Below are positions 57,536-64,000 of a stretch of 64,000 nucleotides of DNA, in pieces (the stretch's first letter is position 1; the number at the start of each line of letters is the position of its first letter). The stretch is from Acidobacteriota bacterium (GTDB lineage Bacteria > Acidobacteriota > UBA890 > WLXD01), in assembly GCA_965248695.1 (NCBI GenBank), contig CBDFKD010000002.1, positions 5,120,001 to 5,184,000 of the forward strand. The letters run 5' to 3'. Under the pieces are notes generated by a model. That model did no database searches. It was not told the DNA's origin and was given only the letters and a program-made list of their open reading frames with translations. The position numbers and the translations under genes were made by a program.

Positions 57536-59491
57536 GTGTCCAATCTGCAGCGGCTCATCGGCTGTGGTGTCGTGCTGGCGATGGTCGGCGGAGGGCCAAT
57601 CGCCCTGCACGCCGAAGACGATCGTCCTCCCGGCGAATGGCCGTACTTCGGCGGCGACAAGGCGTTCACGCGCTACTCGGCCCTGGCGCAGATAAACAGC
57701 GACAATGTCGCCGACCTGCAGGTGGTCTGGCGTCGCCCGGCGGTCGACCAGGCGTTTCGGGATGCCTACTCGGAGGTACGCATCCCGGGCTACTTCCGGT
57801 CGACGCCGATCATGCTGGAGGGACTGCTGTTCGCACCCAACGGCGTCGGTCTACTGCGGGCGCTGAACCCGGCGACCGGCGAGACGGTCTGGGAGCAGGA
57901 GCCGTTCGCGCCGACGGTCGGTGAGGCGCGCGGCCGAAGCCCGCGCGGCATCGACACCTGGACCGACGGGACGGATCGGCGGCTGTTCTTGGTACGCAAC
58001 GGCCATCTGTACGCCCTCAACGCGCGTACCGGAGAGCCGTACGCCGACTTCGGTGTTCGGGGACGTCTCGATCTGAGCTTCGCTGAGCAGCGCGCCGGCA
58101 GTTTCCGCTGGTCCGCCGGTCCCATCGTCGTGGGCGACGTCATCGTCATTGCCGGAATCACCGGCGGCGCTGGGGACGGCGGCAACCGCAAGGAGGCCGT
58201 GCCGGAGGACGTGCGCGGTTACTCGGTTCGCACGGGCGAGCTGCTGTGGACGTTCAACGTGGTTCCGAAGCCCGGTCAATTCGGCAACGACACCTGGGGC
58301 GAGGATTCCTGGAAGTCATCCGGCGATCTGGGCTCGTGGTGCTGCGTGACCGCCGACGAGGATCTGGGCTACGTGTATATCCCGCTGACGGCGCCAACCG
58401 CGGCGTACTACGGGGGGCACCGGCCGGGCGACAACCTGTACTCCAATTCATTGGTCGTACTCGACGCCAAGACCGGCAAGCGGGCGTGGCATTTCCAGAT
58501 GGTGCATCACGATGTGTGGGAGTACGACACGGTAGGCCCGGCGACGCTGGGCGAGATCACCGTTGATGGCCGGCGGATCAAAGCCGTGATGCAGCCCAGC
58601 AAGACGGGTTTTCTGTATGTTTTCGACCGTGCGACAGGGGAGCCTGTGTGGCCGATCGAGGAGCGCCCGGTGCCGCAGTCGAACGTCCCTGGCGAGCGCC
58701 TGTCGCCGACGCAGCCGTTCCCGACCAAGCCCCCGCCGTTCGACATGCAGGGCTTCTCCGAGGACGACCTGATCGACTTCACGCCGGAGCTCCGGGCGCG
58801 AGCGCTCGAGCTCGTGGAGCCGTTCCTGCTGGGCCCGATGTTTACCCCGCCATCTGCGACTGCGGACGATTCGGATGGCAAGCAGGGCACGCTGATCAGT
58901 CCGGGGGCCTGGGGTTCGGGCAACTGGAATACCGGGGCCTTCGATCCCGAGACCGGGTTCTACTACGCCGTTTCGCACACGATGCCAAACGTCTATCCGC
59001 TGTCCAGCCCCGACGATCCGGAGGCCACGATCGATTACGAGTGGGGTGATGGGCCCGGCGTCCCGACCATCGATGGGTTGCCGATCTTCAAGCCCCCGTA
59101 TGGCCGCATCACGGCCTACGACATGAATCGCGGCGAGCAGGTCTGGATGGTGGCCAACGGTGATGGTCCGCGTGACCATCCACTGCTCGAGGGGCTCGAC
59201 GTTCCGCCGCTCGGCATGCTCGGCCGGCCGGCGCCGTTACTTACCAAGAGCTTGCTGTTCCTCGGTGAGAGCAGCGATGCCATCCTCGGTATCAGCGTCA
59301 ACGGCAACAAGTTCCGCGCCTACGACAAGGCCGACGGCAACGTCCTGTGGGAGACGGAGTTGCCCGCCGGCGTCACCGGCGCCCCGATCACGTATCTGTA
59401 CGAGGGCCGGCAGTACATCGTCGTCGCCGTCGGCGGCAACGACGATCCGGCCGAGTGGGTGGCCTTCGCGCTGGACGGGACGACGGATTGA
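57536..59491 (+). CDS. PQQ-dependent dehydrogenase, glucose/quinate/shikimate-type soluble form
   Basis: EWPYFGGD..TRYS, YGGHRPGDNLY, WHFQMVHHD, PVWPIEERPVPQS, PTQPFP, KPPYGRITA, PITY. Confidence 0.88.
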   Translation: MSNLQRLIGCGVVLAMVGGGPIALHAEDDRPPGEWPYFGGDKAFTRYSALAQINSDNVADLQVVWRRPAVDQAFRDAYSEVRIPGYFRSTPIMLEGLLFAPNGVGLLRALNPATGETVWEQEPFAPTVGEARGRSPRGIDTWTDGTDRRLFLVRNGHLYALNARTGEPYADFGVRGRLDLSFAEQRAGSFRWSAGPIVVGDVIVIAGITGGAGDGGNRKEAVPEDVRGYSVRTGELLWTFNVVPKPGQFGNDTWGEDSWKSSGDLGSWCCVTADEDLGYVYIPLTAPTAAYYGGHRPGDNLYSNSLVVLDAKTGKRAWHFQMVHHDVWEYDTVGPATLGEITVDGRRIKAVMQPSKTGFLYVFDRATGEPVWPIEERPVPQSNVPGERLSPTQPFPTKPPPFDMQGFSEDDLIDFTPELRARALELVEPFLLGPMFTPPSATADDSDGKQGTLISPGAWGSGNWNTGAFDPETGFYYAVSHTMPNVYPLSSPDDPEATIDYEWGDGPGVPTIDGLPIFKPPYGRITAYDMNRGEQVWMVANGDGPRDHPLLEGLDVPPLGMLGRPAPLLTKSLLFLGESSDAILGISVNGNKFRAYDKADGNVLWETELPAGVTGAPITYLYEGRQYIVVAVGGNDDPAEWVAFALDGTTD

Positions 59492-60501
59492 CCGCGACAA
59501 TCGAGCCCCTCCGCATCGGCTTCATCGGTGCCGGCGCAATGGCCACCTGGCAGGTGTACCCGTCGCTACACTTCGCGCCCATTCACCTGCAGGCGGTTTG
59601 CGATCGCGACGAGGCATTGGCCCGTGACACGGCCGGCAAGTTCGGACCGGGGCGCTGGTACACCGACTACCGGGAGATGTGGGCGAGCGAGGATCTCGAG
59701 GCGGTGATCGTTCAGATGCACCCGAAGCCGCGCCAGAAGATCGTGCTGGAGGCTCTCGAGGCCGGCTATCACGTCTTCATTCCGAAGCCGCCGGCCGCTT
59801 CATTGGTGGCAACGGAAGAGCTGGCCGCGGCGGCGCGCCAGGCGCGGCGGACGCTGATGGTCAACTTCCAGCGACGCTTCTGCTTCGGGGTTCGAAAGGC
59901 GCGAGAGATCATGGCGACCGAGTCGTTCGGTGCGATGAGCCAGTTCTTCGGCTCCTTTTGCTGCGGCATCTTCGATCCGGTCCGTGGCCGCGACTACGAA
60001 GACCCGATCCATGCGTACGTGCTCGATTTCGCGCCACACTATCTGGATATAGCCCGGTATATCGGTGGCGAGGTGCAGCAGCTGTCGCTGTTCCATCAGA
60101 CGGCCGGTGAGGGCGTCGCGCTGGCCGTTGCCGTGGAGTTCGCAAGCGGTGCGGTCGGGACGCTGCAGCTCAACAGCCAGCGGCTATGGTGGCGTAACTA
60201 CGACCGCATCGAGATCACCGGGCAGAGCGAGTACCTCGTTCTCGATGACCTGTGGTCGGTGAAGCACTACGGTCAAGAGCAGAATACCTTCACCGAGAAC
60301 TGGAGTGATGAGCGGAGCGGCGAGCTCACCGGCGACGGTCCGTGTCTGAGCGAGTGGGTCAACGCCATCCGCGAGGATCGCGAGCCAGTTGGCAGCATCG
60401 CAGACGCGGTCCGGACCATGCGCTTGTATCAGGCAGTCTGGGACGCGGTCAGAGAAGGACGTTCGGGGGTCGTGTTCGATCGACGGACTGCTGCCGGCTG
60501 A
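59488..60501 (+). CDS. Gfo/Idh/MocA family oxidoreductase
   Basis: LRIGFIGAG, AVCDRD, ALEAGYHVFIPKP, MVNFQRRF, HYLD; TTG start overlapping previous stop. Confidence 0.85.
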   Translation: MTATIEPLRIGFIGAGAMATWQVYPSLHFAPIHLQAVCDRDEALARDTAGKFGPGRWYTDYREMWASEDLEAVIVQMHPKPRQKIVLEALEAGYHVFIPKPPAASLVATEELAAAARQARRTLMVNFQRRFCFGVRKAREIMATESFGAMSQFFGSFCCGIFDPVRGRDYEDPIHAYVLDFAPHYLDIARYIGGEVQQLSLFHQTAGEGVALAVAVEFASGAVGTLQLNSQRLWWRNYDRIEITGQSEYLVLDDLWSVKHYGQEQNTFTENWSDERSGELTGDGPCLSEWVNAIREDREPVGSIADAVRTMRLYQAVWDAVREGRSGVVFDRRTAAG

Positions 60502-60505
60502 GCCT

Positions 60506-61249
60506 ATGATTGCTCTCGATCGGGTGACGAAGCGGTTCGACTCGGTTGTAGCGATCGACGACCTTTCTTGTGAGTTCCGACGAGGTCAGACGCACGTCCT
60601 TCTGGGCTCCAGCGGATGCGGGAAATCGACCATCCTCCGCCTCGTGCTCGGCCTGGTATCGGCCGACAGCGGCTCCGTAATGGTCGATGGACGTCTGATG
60701 GACGCCGCCAGTAGAACCGAGATCCTCGCTGCGATGGGCTACGTCGTACAGGAAGGGGGACTCTACCCACACCTCGATGCCCGCGGCAACGTGTCGTTGG
60801 CCGCCGAGGCTCGTGGTTGGCCGGCCGATCGAATAGCGCAGAGGATCCAGGATCTGGTGGCACTGGTCGGGTTTGACGCGTCGATCATGCGTAAGTATCC
60901 GCATGAGCTCAGCGGTGGTCAGCGGCAGCGGGTGGGCCTCATGCGCGCCCTGATGTTGGATCCACCGATCCTGCTTCTCGACGAGCCGCTGGGGGCACTC
61001 GATCCGCTCGTGCGCGACGGGCTGCAGGTGCAGCTACGAGAGATCTTTCGCGCCCTCGGCAAGACCGTGCTCCTGGTCACTCATGACATTCGCGAGGCGG
61101 CGATGCTGGGCCAAACCGTCAGCCTGATGACCGAGGGTCGCATGGTTCAGCACGGAGCGTTTCTCGATCTCGCAACGAATCCGGCCAACGAATTTGTCCG
61201 TGCGTTCTTTCAGGCTCAGAAGCCACCACCTCAAATGCGGGGGCTCTGA
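60506..61249 (+). CDS. ABC ATP-binding protein, osmoprotectant (OpuBA/OsmV-like) type
   Basis: GSSGCGKST, LSGGQRQRV, LLLDEPLGALDP, VTHD. Confidence 0.92.
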   Translation: MIALDRVTKRFDSVVAIDDLSCEFRRGQTHVLLGSSGCGKSTILRLVLGLVSADSGSVMVDGRLMDAASRTEILAAMGYVVQEGGLYPHLDARGNVSLAAEARGWPADRIAQRIQDLVALVGFDASIMRKYPHELSGGQRQRVGLMRALMLDPPILLLDEPLGALDPLVRDGLQVQLREIFRALGKTVLLVTHDIREAAMLGQTVSLMTEGRMVQHGAFLDLATNPANEFVRAFFQAQKPPPQMRGL

Positions 61250-61252
61250 CCG

Positions 61253-62808
61253 ATGCCACGCCGCAAGGGCAGGTGCAACGAGTCGGAGTGCAACAACGCT
61301 TCGCGGACATTCGCCGCTGCCGTGCTCATGGCGCTGCTGTCGACGATTGGCTGCGCTGCCGCCTCCAGTCGCGACTCGCCCGTGGTTCGCGTCGGATCCA
61401 AAGCGTTCACCGAGAGTTTTATCCTCGGCGAGCTCATCGCGCAGATCATCGAGGACGAAGGCGAGGCAGCGGTCGAACGCCAGCTGGGACTGGGTGGTGC
61501 TGCGATTGCGTTCCGGGCTCTGTCGAGCGGCGAGATCGACGTTTATCCCGAGTACACCGGGACACTGACCCACGCAATCCTCCGGGACCCGGCCGTTGTC
61601 GGGGTAACGGAACTTCGCCTGCGTCTGCGAAACATGGGCCTCTCACAGTCAGTGATCCGCTGGGATTCCAGAATACGTATGCGCTGGCGATGCATCGCGA
61701 GGCGGCCGATTCTCTCGGCATCGAGAAGATTTCCGACCTCCAAGGGCATCCCGAGTTCCGGGCGGCGTTCAGCGCCGGGTACATCGATCGCGCCGATGGA
61801 TGGCCGGGCCTACAACGGCGCTACGCACTCGATTTCGCGGACGTCCGAGTGATCGAGCATTCCCTGAGCTACGAAGCGGTGGCTCGCGGAGAGGTCGACC
61901 TGATCGATATCTACTCCACGGACGGCAAGATCGATCGTTACGACCTCCGTATTCTGGCCGACGATCTGGAGTTCTTCCCCGACTACGACGCCGTGATGGT
62001 CGTTCGTGAGGACTTCATCGCTCGGTACCCCCGCAGCTGGGCGCGGCTGGAGGAGCTCCTCGTAGAGGGGTTCGATGACGCCGGGATGGCACGGCTCAAC
62101 GCGCGTTCGGATCTCGACGGAGAGACGCCACGCGCGGTCGCAGCCGCGTTCTTGAACGGTGGACAGCCCGGTCAGCCGAGCACCATCTCGATCAGAGACG
62201 AGATCCTCGGGCTGACGCTGGACCACGCCTATCTGGTGCTGCTTTCGCTGGGCCTGGCCAGCCTCGTTAGCGTCCCGCTCGGCGTCGTCGCCGCACGCTT
62301 CCGTCGCCTCGGGCAAACTGCTCTGGTGTCGGTGGGGGTCCTGCAGACAATTCCGTCGCTGGCGCTGCTGTGCTTCATGATCCCGTTGTTCGGAATCGGG
62401 CAGGCGCCGTCTCTGGTGGCGTTGTTTCTGTACGCCCTGTTGCCGATCGTTCGCAGCACCTATACAGGGCTCATCAGCCTGGATCGCCAGCTACTGGAGA
62501 TCGCGGAGGTGCTGGGGCTCAGCCGCTGGCAACGGCTGGCCCGTGTCGAGTTGCCCCTCGCGTCGGTCCACATCATGGCTGGAATCAAGACGTCGGCGGT
62601 GCTTACGGTCGGAACGGCGACCCTCGCCGCCTTCGTCGGCGGCGGTGGCTACGGCACGTTGATCGTTCGAGGGTTGGCCATCAATCACATCCCGACGATC
62701 CTTGCCGGCGCCGTCCCCGCAGCTGCTATGGCGCTGGTAATCCACGCCGGCTTCGAGCTGCTCGACCGGGTCGTGATCCCGGAGGGTTTGCGGCGAGCCC
62801 ACCGCTAG
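61253..62808 (+). CDS. fused substrate-binding/permease subunit of a glycine betaine/choline-type ABC importer, frameshift at about 61642
   Basis: VGSKAFTESFILGE, YPEYTGT in frame 1; LGFQNTYALA, YSTDG, LQTIPSLALL, TATLAAFVGGGG in frame 2; junction CTCTC at 61640-61644. Confidence 0.82.
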
Positions 62809-62811
62809 GCC

Positions 62812-63624
62812 TCAAGGACGCTCGGCGGGACCACCACCGCGAGTCTGGGATCGCGGCGTCCGGAACATCATGCCAGGGATTGTTTGCTGGTCGTCGGCAT
62901 CGAAATCGTCGAGTCCGATCCGTACTGCATCGACGTCCTCACGCAGACGGAGGCTCCCGAGCACGAAGTCCCAGTAGGGAAACAGCGACCCGTAGTTGGA
63001 GTCCGTCTCGGACCGCTCTCGGCTGTGATGAACGCGATGCATCGCCGGGGTAACGACGAGGAGCAGAAACCCGCGGTCGATCCATCTGGGCAGCGCGACG
63101 TTGGAGTGGTGAACGAGCACCACCGGCAGGACGATCGCTTCGTAGAGCGCCAGATGCCAGATTGACATGCCGATGAGCTGCATCGCGACGATCTTGGTAA
63201 AGAACGACAGGACTACTTCGACGGTGTGAAAGCGCACGCCGGTGCTGGCGTCCATGAACGGATCAGCGTGGTGCATGCGGTGGAAGCGCCACAGAAACGG
63301 GATGGCGTGGTTGCCGCGGTGCCACAAGTACATCCAGAAATCGAACAGCACGATGGCCACCAGCGCGCCCAGCCATGCCGGGAGGTCGTAGGCGCGCAAG
63401 AGGCCATAGCCGTTCGCTGCCCCCCAGCTGTTACCGACAATCGCGAGCCCGGAGAAAACAACTGACACGATGACGGAGTTCAGCACGCCCATGAAGAGGT
63501 TGCGTGCGTCGTGGCGGATGCGCGCGCCGCGGCGGTCGCCGAACTGCGCATAGAACGGTACCCAGGCCTCGCCGAGCCAGAGCGCGATCAGAACGAGACC
63601 GCCGACCAGGGTCTTGGGCTCCAA
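62812..63624 (-). CDS. sterol desaturase / fatty acid hydroxylase family protein
   Basis: His boxes YLWHRGNH, WRFHRMHH, VHHSN, MHRVHHS, then NYG. Confidence 0.9.
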   Translation of the reverse strand: MEPKTLVGGLVLIALWLGEAWVPFYAQFGDRRGARIRHDARNLFMGVLNSVIVSVVFSGLAIVGNSWGAANGYGLLRAYDLPAWLGALVAIVLFDFWMYLWHRGNHAIPFLWRFHRMHHADPFMDASTGVRFHTVEVVLSFFTKIVAMQLIGMSIWHLALYEAIVLPVVLVHHSNVALPRWIDRGFLLLVVTPAMHRVHHSRERSETDSNYGSLFPYWDFVLGSLRLREDVDAVRIGLDDFDADDQQTIPGMMFRTPRSQTRGGGPAERP

Positions 63625-63850
63625 GACCTATACCCAGGCGCAGATGGTCGTCCCGGAGCCGAGAGTCGCGCCGTCAGGTAGTGACGCCATTGTGTTTCCG
63701 AGTAGAAGGGACCGGTACGGGGCGATGGTATCCTGCGCCAACTTGAGCCGCACTGGCCGACTTGGCGAGGGGACGACGACGAAGGCGCCTCTGGAACAGC
63801 GAGGTCGATGACCACGCGCGGCGATGCGAAGCCCAGGAACGGAGGCGTCG

Positions 63851-64000
63851 ATGCTCTTGAGTGGCGAGATTGCTGAGGTCGGGCAGCGCGGCCCCGTCCG
63901 GCCCCGCCTGCGGCGTGCCTGGGTGGCGACGCTGGTGCTCCCCGTGTTGCTCGGAACCGCGCAGACGCCGTACCGCGCCGCGGAAGGCAATATCGAGTTC
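63851..64000 (+). CDS. 3'-partial secreted protein
   Basis: GGAGG at 63841, ATG 63851, open to window end, signal-like RLRRAWVATLVLPVLLGTAQ. Confidence 0.45.
   Translation, partial: MLLSGEIAEVGQRGPVRPRLRRAWVATLVLPVLLGTAQTPYRAAEGNIEF

Noticed and set aside
1-64000. CRISPR array, rRNA or tRNA genes
   Set aside because: No regularly spaced direct repeats, cas genes, or recognisable rRNA/tRNA sequence seen by eye.

Overview
GC-rich bacterial window with no rRNA, tRNA or CRISPR array seen. The gene families (PVC-type heme protein, CocE/NonD hydrolases, CehA/McbA hydrolase, PQQ dehydrogenase plus cytochrome c pair) suggest an Acidobacteria/Gemmatimonadetes/PVC-like organism, but taxonomy is only an inference. 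It is dominated by methylated/quaternary-amine and amine catabolism: a Tdm-like aminomethyltransferase, sarcosine-oxidase-beta/MgdA-like flavoprotein, Amt, GmaS-type glutamine synthetase, two-subunit aconitase X, BetB, an OYE-type N-demethylase-like flavoprotein, GFA, a TRAP system and a betaine-type ABC importer, plus many exported hydrolases and dehydrogenases. Mobile DNA: two abutting IS3/IS407-group elements at a rearrangement junction, an intact IS256 with a 9-bp TSD, and a CTAG-bounded MITE-like element. The most unusual signals are (1) two tandem Rieske non-heme-iron oxygenase alpha subunits of the betaine/stachydrine N-demethylase type, both with twin-arginine (Tat) leaders and no reductase in the window, near three Tat-leader spermidine-dehydrogenase-like flavoprotein genes, and (2) a 410-460 bp non-coding element, present twice between convergent genes, built from interlocked inverted repeats with compensatory changes, one copy interrupted by IS256. 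Several genes are frameshifted or internally deleted. All family assignments come from motif recognition, not database searches.
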